The position numbers and the translations under genes were made by a program. The notes under the pieces were generated by a model. It saw nothing but the letters and a program-made list of their open reading frames with translations, searched no databases and was not told the origin of the DNA. 50,571 bases of DNA from NCBI GenBank assembly GCA_964486765.1, contig CAZAOA010000004.1, positions 1 to 50,571 of the forward strand. The letters are read 5' to 3'. Origin of the DNA: an uncultured Candidatus Saccharibacteria bacterium. Lineage in GTDB: Bacteria > Patescibacteriota > UBA1384 > XYA2-FULL-43-10. Positions 43,393 through 50,571 of the stretch are shown here, one piece after another. Position 1 is the stretch's first letter. Every line of letters starts with the position of its first letter.

Positions 43393-44217
43393 ATGGCAAA
43401 TATATTAACAAACAAATTCTATGATCAAATGGCTATCGATTTTTTAAATAGAAACACCACTTTTTCAACTAACAAAGAAAGGGAATTCCAAATAGACTTA
43501 ACCGATCATAAGGAATATTTTGCTGAAAAAGAAGACAAAAATAAAATCGAGGATATGAAAATAAATATTCCATTAAAGAATAAAATACGTCATCCCGGTC
43601 AATGCGATGTATTAACAACCTATTTTGAAATTAATGACAAACGGATAAATAGAATTTCTAAAAAAATCGAAAACAAAATGAACCATGTTTTACCGAGTAA
43701 TTTCGACATATATTTTCCTGAATATTCTACATATCATATTTCATTAGTTATGATACACGATTTAAGACCCGTCGATATGAATAATTCTGAAATGCTATTA
43801 CATAGAAAATCAGAGAAGGAAATTCAAAAAATTAACGACCTATTATCAGAAGTTAATATCAAGCCTTTCACAATTAATTTATATGGACTTCGAATCGGAT
43901 CCGATGGTTGCGGCTTGTTTACATTTTCAGATGACGGTAATGTAGAAAAATTACGAAGTGTAATAGGTGATAAAATATCACCTTATTTACAAGGAGAATA
44001 TTTAAAATACAAAAAGCCATTCATCCACACAACGATTTTTAGAATATTAGACCAAGTTGATGGTGGGACTTATGAAAAGATTAAAGATATTCAAAGAGAA
44101 TATTTTTGTGTACTTAATAGTGATATATCTCTAAAAATAAAAAAATTCGAATTTTCAAGAGAGACTTCTTGGCAACATACTAAAATTCAAAAATTAAATA
44201 TATATAATTTTAAGTAA
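43393..44217 (+). CDS. 2H phosphoesterase superfamily protein (LigT/cyclic phosphodiesterase-like)
   Basis: Two H-x-[ST]-x motifs (YHISLVMI and FIHTTIFRI) at spacing typical of 2H enzymes. Confidence 0.5.
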   Translation: MANILTNKFYDQMAIDFLNRNTTFSTNKEREFQIDLTDHKEYFAEKEDKNKIEDMKINIPLKNKIRHPGQCDVLTTYFEINDKRINRISKKIENKMNHVLPSNFDIYFPEYSTYHISLVMIHDLRPVDMNNSEMLLHRKSEKEIQKINDLLSEVNIKPFTINLYGLRIGSDGCGLFTFSDDGNVEKLRSVIGDKISPYLQGEYLKYKKPFIHTTIFRILDQVDGGTYEKIKDIQREYFCVLNSDISLKIKKFEFSRETSWQHTKIQKLNIYNFK

Positions 44218-44257
44218 AAACATCTGGACAAGATACACTTCGTACAACACGGATTAT

Positions 44258-44758
44258 ATGCGACTTTCGACTATCGCCTTTCTTGGGCTTCGCCACATTT
44301 TGCCTTTGGCAAAACGTCAAATAATCCGAAACGTAATACGCAATTCAAAAAATATTTTTCTATCCTACATGCAAAAAACGGAATTCAAAAATAATTATTT
44401 TGATGTAGTGGTTGGTCGATTTTCTTTGCACTATCTTGCTAAATTTGATTTAGCATACATAGAAATTTTAAGAATCTTAAAAAGAGGCGGCTGTTTAATT
44501 TTCGTGGCTCATCATCCATTCAAGGATTTAATGATGCAAAAGGTTAAAGAATATGGTAAAAAAGAAGTCATTAGGTTAGACTTGTATTGCAATAAAGTTC
44601 CAATATATTTTCCTACCCACACATTGCAAGATTACTTCTCAAAATCGTTTTTCAAATATTTTTGTATTGATAATTTTCAAGAAGAGCAAAGCCCAGAAGA
44701 GTACCTTGATGAATTTAGATTACCAGGATTTATTGGTGTCAAAACAATAAAAAAGTGA
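44258..44758 (+). pseudogene. Class I SAM-methyltransferase C-terminal portion lacking a recognisable motif I (truncated or degenerate)
   Basis: FDVVVGRFSLHYLAKFDLAYIEILRILKRGGCLIFVAHHP matches post-motif-II regions. No GxGxG upstream. The 5' ~80 nt are compositionally different. Confidence 0.35.
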
Positions 44759-45018
44759 TGTGGTGCGCCAATGAAATTGGCACAGCCTAAAATTCCGCCG
44801 AGAAAAAGAATCGTCCCCTCTCGGGCGTGGCAGATGGGGTTTTACACAAAGAAAGTTTGAACATTGTCCAAAAAACTCCGCCATTTTGCAAGCTCTCTTC
44901 GAGTCTGAGCCTGAGTGCTATTCCCTCAGAGTTGAAAACATGGTCTTCGACCAGAGCTCAAAGAATGTTGTGAGTAAATGCAATGTATCGATCGACAATT
45001 ATTACAAAAGGAGGAATC

Positions 45019-45519
45019 GTGGCTGATGTAAAAAAAACAAATACTGCAAATGCCCCCGACAATACCCCGGTATTTTCGTGGGAAGCAAGAGAATTTGCTG
45101 ATTATAAAAAGAACGGTTCTTGGTTTGCAATTGTTATAGCTGTTGCTATAGCATTGGCTGCGTATTTCATTTGGCAGAAGAATTGGACTGCGACTGGTGT
45201 AGTTGTCGCCGCTAGCTTTGCCCTGATCGCTCAGTCACGAGTTAAACCAAAAAAAGTCAAATGTGAAGTTTTTAGAAGCGGTGTAGTCGTCGATGAAAAG
45301 GCACATCCCTATGAGACTTTAAAAAGTTTTTGGGTTCTAGGTGGGGATCATCCCACAGTCAGACTTGAGCAAACTTCACGTTTCAGAGCTCCAATCAACA
45401 TGCCAATTGCTGATGAAGACCCTGAGCAGGTCAGACTTTATCTTGCGAAGTTTCTGCCTGAAAATGAAGATCAGGGGGAAGATTTTACAGATACAATTTC
45501 ACGTTGGCTACGTTTCTAA
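45019..45519 (+). CDS. Conserved-hypothetical membrane protein (two TMs plus C-terminal soluble domain)
   Basis: GTG 45019 lies 5 nt after AGGAGG. Contains FSWEAREFADYKKNGSWFAIVIAVAIALAAYFIW followed by a second TM. Confidence 0.55.
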   Translation: MADVKKTNTANAPDNTPVFSWEAREFADYKKNGSWFAIVIAVAIALAAYFIWQKNWTATGVVVAASFALIAQSRVKPKKVKCEVFRSGVVVDEKAHPYETLKSFWVLGGDHPTVRLEQTSRFRAPINMPIADEDPEQVRLYLAKFLPENEDQGEDFTDTISRWLRF

Positions 45520-45587
45520 TTATAAACCTAAACTTGCGAATCTGCCCTCGTAGCTCCAGTCATAGGCTGGCAGGCACTGAATATCAC

Positions 45588-45664
45588 GTCCTCGTAGCTC
45601 AGTTGGATAGAGCGTTGGCTTGCGGAGCCAAAGGTCAGAGGTTCAAATCCTCTCGGGGATACCA
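45588..45664 (+). tRNA. tRNA-Arg (anticodon GCG), CCA encoded
   Basis: GTCCTCGTAGCTCAGTTGGATAGAGCGTTGGCTTGCGGAGCCAAAGGTCAGAGGTTCAAATCCTCTCGGGGATACCA. The anticodon loop TTGCGGA was read by hand. Confidence 0.8.
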
Positions 45665-45688
45665 TTTCTAATTAATTAGCATTCGATA

Positions 45689-46903
45689 ATGATAAAGATT
45701 GAATTAAATACAATCCGAAAAGCTCAAAAAACTCTAAATAAAGTTCTAAGACCCACAAAACTGATCTTCTCTGATTATCTCTCCGAGATGACAAATGGCA
45801 GTGTTTTTCTTAAACCCGAAAATCTTCAAATAACGGGTTCCTATAAGATTCGAGGTGCTTATGTAAAAATCGCCAGGCTTTCATCAAATGAGAAGAAAAA
45901 AGGGTTGGTGGCTTCTTCTGCTGGCAATCATGCCCAAGGCGTCGCATACGCCGCAAAAGAGACCGGTGTCCCAAGTACTATTGTGATGCCGACAACAACA
46001 CCCCTGATTAAAGTGGACTCCACAAAAAAACTTGGCGCAAAAGTTGTACTATTTGGTGACTGTTATGATGATGCATACAAGAAGGCACGAGAAATCGAAG
46101 AAAAAGAAGGATTAGTTTTCATCCATCCCTTCGACGATCTCGACATTATCGCTGGTCAGGGAACAATTGGACTTGAAATCCTCGAAGAACTCCCAAATGT
46201 CGACTACGTCCTCATACCAATCGGTGGTGGAGGGCTCGCATCTGGAGTTGCAACCGCTATAAAGTTGTCTGGTTCAAATGCGAAAATAATTGGGATCGAA
46301 CCATGTGGCGCAAACGCGATGGAAAAATCATTGAAATCAAAAAAGCTCTGTAAGCTGAATAGAGTGGATACTATCGCAGACGGCGTTGCAGTTAAAAAAC
46401 CTGGAGACCTAACTTATGAAATTGTATCCAAAATGGTAGATCAAGTTATAACTGTCTCTGATACTGAAATAATGGAAGCATTTCTGGTACTTTTGGAGAA
46501 ACAAAAACTAATTGCTGAACCAGCTGGATCTATAAGCGTTGCTTCACTTTTTGGCAAACTACAATCTTTAAAAAATAAAAATGTCGTCTGCCTTATAACC
46601 GGCGGTAATATTGACGTTCTCACAATCTCGGCCCTAGTCTCTAGGGGCCTAAAGAAACTCGGAAGAGTCTTTGAATTTTACATTGATCTGACAGACAAAC
46701 CAGGAGAACTTTTAAAGATTGCTGAAATCCTTGCCAAATTAAAAGCAAATGTGATCAAAATCAACCACGACCAATTCAACAGCATTGAGCGAATCAACAA
46801 TGTGAGAATCACTTTCACTGTCGAGACAAATGGTCACGATCATATAAAAATAATTAGAAAATTTCTTAGAGCAAAGGGATACATTGTCAAATCGAAAAAC
46901 TAA
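45689..46903 (+). CDS. ilvA: Threonine ammonia-lyase (threonine dehydratase) with C-terminal ACT-like domain
   Basis: PLP-lysine motif SYKIRGA, plus SSAGNHAQGVAYAA and GGGGL. Confidence 0.9.
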   Translation: MIKIELNTIRKAQKTLNKVLRPTKLIFSDYLSEMTNGSVFLKPENLQITGSYKIRGAYVKIARLSSNEKKKGLVASSAGNHAQGVAYAAKETGVPSTIVMPTTTPLIKVDSTKKLGAKVVLFGDCYDDAYKKAREIEEKEGLVFIHPFDDLDIIAGQGTIGLEILEELPNVDYVLIPIGGGGLASGVATAIKLSGSNAKIIGIEPCGANAMEKSLKSKKLCKLNRVDTIADGVAVKKPGDLTYEIVSKMVDQVITVSDTEIMEAFLVLLEKQKLIAEPAGSISVASLFGKLQSLKNKNVVCLITGGNIDVLTISALVSRGLKKLGRVFEFYIDLTDKPGELLKIAEILAKLKANVIKINHDQFNSIERINNVRITFTVETNGHDHIKIIRKFLRAKGYIVKSKN

Positions 46904-47231
46904 TCAGGGGTCTATTCCTAAAGCGATTGGGCCATACTCGCAATCAGTTGCGTTTGAAAACCTTGTTTTTACATCTAGACAAATCGCCCTTGACCCTATA
47001 AGTATGAATTTAGTTAGTAGAGACATAGAAAGTCAAACCGAACAAGTTATTCAAAACTTGAAAAATGTTCTAAAAACTACAGTCTTTTTAACAAACATGA
47101 ATGATTTTGATTCAATGAATAAGGTATATGCAACTCACTTCTCTCATAAACCAGCTCGCTCTACGATAGAAGTTTCTCGTCTTCCCAGGGGAGCACTGAT
47201 AGAAATCGAGTATACAACTTGTACAAAATAA
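46884..47231 (+). CDS. ridA: RidA/YjgF-family enamine/imine deaminase (short form)
   Basis: AIGPYSQSV...KTTVFL.NM.DF...N.VY...F...PARS.IEV..LP.GALIEIE. TTG start overlaps the ilvA end. Confidence 0.8.
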   Translation: MSNRKTNQGSIPKAIGPYSQSVAFENLVFTSRQIALDPISMNLVSRDIESQTEQVIQNLKNVLKTTVFLTNMNDFDSMNKVYATHFSHKPARSTIEVSRLPRGALIEIEYTTCTK

Positions 47232-47523
47232 TAGATCTCTGATAAAATTGTATAGGATATCTTTTTGATATCGGGAGCATTGCGGTAAGCCAAGCGTAGT
47301 GTTTGAATTTGGTTTTTGAGCAAATTCTAGCTATATGTGAATTCACATGTTGTATTTGTGTTTTCTCTGGAGGGGTTAAGAACCTATTTTGTAGTTGTTT
47401 ATTATACCCTACTGTGGTATATACAATATATATTGGGTATATTTAAAAATATCCGATATTTGATAAAAAAGCTATGAATACGAACAAATTGTACTATTTA
47501 TCAAACATACATATCGCCTATTC

Positions 47524-48231
47524 TTATCTCTTTGCTACTACTACTGCCCAGACACTTTTTGCGCCATCTGCTTTCAATACATTTGCGCACTCTTTAAGCG
47601 TAGATCCGGTCGTAGCCACATCATCGACAAGTAAAACATTTTTATCCTTTATCAGTGCTTTGTCCTCGCATCTTATGTTGCCTACAATATTTTTTAACCG
47701 CTTTTCACGGCTTAACCCTATTTGGCGCACAGTATTGGTTACTCTCTCAAGAACTAGACCACCCTTATAACCCAAACGATGTGAGATGTAACGCGCCATC
47801 AATTCGGCGTGATTATAACCACGCTCACCGATACGAGATGTGTGCATCGGTACCGGTACGACAATATAATCTTCAAATGGGATACCGCTTCTGACGATCC
47901 GCTCCACCATCAGTTCCCCTAAAAGATCCGCAAACTCAAAGTATCCGTTGTACTTCAAATAATGGATCATCTCTTTTGTTGGACCTTCGTCAAATCGCGT
48001 TGCAACCAAGATACCCCTAAGTTTGTCATTATTTTCACTACGACAGTTTTTGCAGTGCTTTGACTGCTTTGAAATGCGGCCACAGTAGAAACAAGTGTTG
48101 GTTTTTATTCGATATATACTATTTACACAATCAAAACAAACCTGCTCTCCATGCTTTTTGCACTCGACACAAAACTTTGGATAAAAAGTGTCAAGTATAG
48201 TCTCTTTTATTTTGTTATATAATATCTTCAT
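47524..48231 (-). CDS. comFC: ComF-family protein (ComFC, double zinc ribbon plus PRTase fold)
   Basis: CxxC pairs at the N-terminus (CVECKKHG...CFDC, CFYCG...CKNC) and the PRPP loop VLLVDDVATTGSTL. Confidence 0.85.
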   Translation of the reverse strand: MKILYNKIKETILDTFYPKFCVECKKHGEQVCFDCVNSIYRIKTNTCFYCGRISKQSKHCKNCRSENNDKLRGILVATRFDEGPTKEMIHYLKYNGYFEFADLLGELMVERIVRSGIPFEDYIVVPVPMHTSRIGERGYNHAELMARYISHRLGYKGGLVLERVTNTVRQIGLSREKRLKNIVGNIRCEDKALIKDKNVLLVDDVATTGSTLKECANVLKADGAKSVWAVVVAKR

Positions 48232-48426
48232 CTGTGCCTATATTATATCAGATCCAACGGATATAAGGCTGGATTTGCTTTAAACCCTTCTTTTTTATAT
48301 TGAAATACTTCTTTGTGTTTGTATATGTCAATTCAATATAACATATAGTTCTTTTCAGGATTTGTATAATCTGCGTTTATCAGCGTAAATAATCTGTGTT
48401 AGAAGTATCTTGATATTTATAATGTG

Positions 48427-48455
48427 TTGACGACATAATTTCATATGTTTATAAT
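48427..48455 (+). promoter_or_regulatory. sigma70-type promoter for hsp20 (TTGACG-17nt-TATAAT)
   Basis: TTGACG 48427-48432, exact 17-nt spacer, TATAAT 48450-48455. Confidence 0.55.
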
Positions 48456-48552
48456 GTTTATAGAGTGCTTAAGGATTCCAATTCAAGTTTGGGTTTTGCG
48501 ATTTGATATTTGGGGTTTTAAGTCCCGGTTTTTCGGGACAGTTGAGGGGCAA

Positions 48553-48906
48553 ATGGCTGAAGAAGATACACAAAATGAAGGGCAACTTGCCGTAGATGTT
48601 TACCAAGACGACCACAGCGTCTATATTTTGGCGCCTGTTGCCGGAGTAAAAGCAAACCAGGTAGATATCTCTATCACCGATGAAGTGGTAACCATTCGTG
48701 GTGAACGAGTTTCAGGACATGATTCTGCTGATGAACAACACTTCACCAAAGAGTGCTATTGGGGGGCATTTTCACGCTCTTATGTTATGCCGATTGCGGT
48801 AAATTCAGATAAGGCTAAAGCCACCTTGAAAGATGGCATGCTTAGGATTGTCATCCCTAAAGATGAAAAAGTTATGACAAAGTTCATAGAAGTTTCAGAC
48901 ACATAA
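48553..48906 (+). CDS. Hsp20/alpha-crystallin small heat-shock protein
   Basis: ATG 48553 follows GAGGGG. Contains LAVDVYQDD..VYILAPVAGV....DISI.D.VVTIRGER and the A.L.DGML.I.IPK motif. Confidence 0.9.
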   Translation: MAEEDTQNEGQLAVDVYQDDHSVYILAPVAGVKANQVDISITDEVVTIRGERVSGHDSADEQHFTKECYWGAFSRSYVMPIAVNSDKAKATLKDGMLRIVIPKDEKVMTKFIEVSDT

Positions 48907-48990
48907 ATTCTAATTTGAAATTACAACACACCTGCCTGCCGGCAGTCAGGGAAACTTCACATCCCAACGGGGGCCCTTAGGGGCATAATA

Positions 48991-49012
48991 ACACAGAAAG
49001 CTGTGTTTTTTT
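48991..49012 (+). terminator. Rho-independent terminator after hsp20
   Basis: ACACAG-AAAG-CTGTGT followed by TTTTTTT. Confidence 0.7.
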
Positions 49013-49174
49013 ATTGTATCTGCTCCCATTTCATGATATTTTATTCATAATACAAAATAATGGTTAAATATAGTCTATTGTTAAATGGTTCTGGTTTTGT
49101 GGTTTCTTAACTGTTGTATTCTGGTGCTGTAATATTTATAGATAATGAATATCATTAATGGATATTAGGAGAAT

Positions 49175-50005
49175 ATGAGTAAAATTAGAAAAGCAGTCAT
49201 ACCTGTTGCTGGTTACGGAATAAGATTTTTACCAGCTGCAAAGGCGATCCCAAAAGAGATGTTCCCGATAGTTGACAAACCGATTATTCAGTATGTGGTA
49301 GAGGAGCTAATTGAAGCTGGAATCGAACAGATCATATTTGTAACGTCCTGGCACAAAAGTTCAATTGTAAACCATTTTGACAGACATCTGGAACTTGAAC
49401 AAAAGCTCAAAGAATCTGGTGGAAAAGAAGAGTACATCAAAAAAATTACCTGGCTTAGCGAAGCTGTCGAATATGTAGCTGTAAGGCAAAAAATTATGAA
49501 TGGCAACGGTGGAGCAATACTTGCAGCGAAGAATATTGTGGGAAACGATCCCTTTATCTGCTTTTGGGGAGATGACCTCTTTTCTGCTCGACCTTCAAGG
49601 GCTATTCAGTTAGTCAAGGCGTTTGAAAAATACGGAACTCCGATTGTGGCCGGACTTGAAACTAAAGCAAAAAATGATGTAAACAAATATGCCTACTGTA
49701 GTGGTGAAGAGATAAAAGATGGTATAATAAAAGTTGATAAGATTATTGAGAAGCCCGGAACCCTCGAAGGCGTCCATAATTTGGGTGTCTCCGGATTTAT
49801 ATCAACTCCAGATTTATTTGAAGCGTTGGAGAGATTTAATGCCAAAAAGGGCAAAGAACTTGTTTATGTGGATGGTTTGAACATAATGCTAAAAGATAAT
49901 AAACCGATGCACATTATCAGGCTGAACGAAGCAGGTTTACACGACTGTGGCAACTGTTTAAACTATCATGAGTCAAAGGTTAATTTAGCATTAAAAGATA
50001 AATAG
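49175..50005 (+). CDS. galU: UTP-glucose-1-phosphate uridylyltransferase
   Basis: KAVIPVAGYGIRFLPAAKAIPKEMFPIVDKPIIQYVVEE signature. Confidence 0.9.
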   Translation: MSKIRKAVIPVAGYGIRFLPAAKAIPKEMFPIVDKPIIQYVVEELIEAGIEQIIFVTSWHKSSIVNHFDRHLELEQKLKESGGKEEYIKKITWLSEAVEYVAVRQKIMNGNGGAILAAKNIVGNDPFICFWGDDLFSARPSRAIQLVKAFEKYGTPIVAGLETKAKNDVNKYAYCSGEEIKDGIIKVDKIIEKPGTLEGVHNLGVSGFISTPDLFEALERFNAKKGKELVYVDGLNIMLKDNKPMHIIRLNEAGLHDCGNCLNYHESKVNLALKDK

Positions 50006-50029
50006 ATTGACAAATGGTTCAAAAAGTAT

Positions 50030-50571
50030 GTGTCTGATTTTGCCAGAGGAATACCAACGGACGGCGAATTGGTCAATGAGAAAATCAAGCGAGCTTCATT
50101 CTTGGCAAATCTTCAGCAGCATGTACTGAGAGATTGTATGGTTGAAGGTAGGTTTCATAGAGGCCAAGCTCTTTGTGAGATTAAAGAGCGGTTGGCTCAC
50201 CAGAAAAATCAACTGAAAGGTAATTGGGGCAACAAAGGCAATACTGAGATGGATTTCTTCACTCAGTCTGGCAAACCAGGACAGGGCCTAAAGTGGTGGA
50301 CCTTGCAGAATGATTTGTCTGGCTCATGTGTAGCTACAAACATGGATGTGGTTGAGCTGCTAAAGTCTGGAGCATGCGATGTCGAGTGTGCTTATTTCGA
50401 CCCTCCTTATGGTGGAAATTCTTCAGACTATGCTACGATTTACAGATTTCTTGAGGAGTACATTTACAGTCAAGAATTAGAAGATTTGCCACACATGCAG
50501 TCTTATACGAGCAGATTTGTTAAGAAGAGAACATACGAACAAAACTACGTTGAAGTGCTTGAAGCGGCTTC
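50030..50571 (+). CDS. DNA N6-adenine methyltransferase (DPPY motif), 5' part, runs off window end
   Basis: Open-ended, so absent from the track. Manual translation gives ...DVVELLKSGACDVECAYFDPPYGGNSSDYATIYRFLEEY... The start is uncertain (GTG 50030 or ATG 50138). GC is visibly higher than in galU. Confidence 0.5.
   Translation, partial: MSDFARGIPTDGELVNEKIKRASFLANLQQHVLRDCMVEGRFHRGQALCEIKERLAHQKNQLKGNWGNKGNTEMDFFTQSGKPGQGLKWWTLQNDLSGSCVATNMDVVELLKSGACDVECAYFDPPYGGNSSDYATIYRFLEEYIYSQELEDLPHMQSYTSRFVKKRTYEQNYVEVLEAA

Noticed and set aside
44760-44985. Short ORFs or an ncRNA in the GC-richer spacer before 45019
   Set aside because: Only 29-32-codon ORFs without RBS and weak hairpins (GCCAAT-GAA-ATTGGC) are present. 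There is nothing that can be supported from sequence alone.
48455-48475. CIRCE (HrcA) operator upstream of hsp20
   Set aside because: Only the right half-site GAGTGCTTA is present. The position 9 nt upstream does not contain TTAGCACTC.

Overview
AT-rich, gene-dense bacterial window. It has small housekeeping genes, many receiver-only regulators and a type IV pilus/competence gene set. By inference this fits a reduced-genome, Patescibacteria/CPR-like organism using the standard genetic code. Recognisable native genes are rsmI, rsmA/ksgA, an RpfB-like wall hydrolase, pcrA/uvrD, dnaB, dnaX, a pilB-pilC-pilMNO(P) block, a PilX-like protein, a histidine kinase plus receiver proteins, DJ-1, PIG-L deacetylase, a GT4 glycosyltransferase, gltX, yraN, rplS, rpmA, an RNA methyltransferase, dnaE, a WecA/MraY-family transferase, ndk, an M16 peptidase, ilvA-ridA, comFC, hsp20 and galU. 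There are five tRNAs, all with encoded CCA. No rRNA, CRISPR array, transposase, integrase or reverse transcriptase was seen. The unusual content is a set of visibly GC-rich segments in intergenic gaps of the AT-rich backbone. (1) Four coding islands: A 1951-3755, B 7494-8317, C 10405-12561 and D 33428-33840. They carry their own near-consensus promoters and terminators and encode orphan proteins. Island C is a tandem array of three self-contained cassettes, two encoding divergent prepilin-like proteins with near-identical 5' and 3' modules. Islands A and C share 5' and 3' module sequence. (2) A roughly 100-nt GC-rich leader, about 83 percent identical between copies, ends in the Shine-Dalgarno/ATG of both pilB and a glycosyltransferase gene 14 kb away on the other strand. 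(3) A recurring pattern of short GC-rich hairpins nested inside otherwise duplicated sequences, plus short repeats embedded in-frame in housekeeping genes. Other notable points are an HU-domain::PilB fusion, a DnaA-box cluster at a gene-orientation switch, and a small insertion with direct repeats at the tRNA-Glu 3' flank. GC statements are by-eye estimates. No database search or folding computation was possible.
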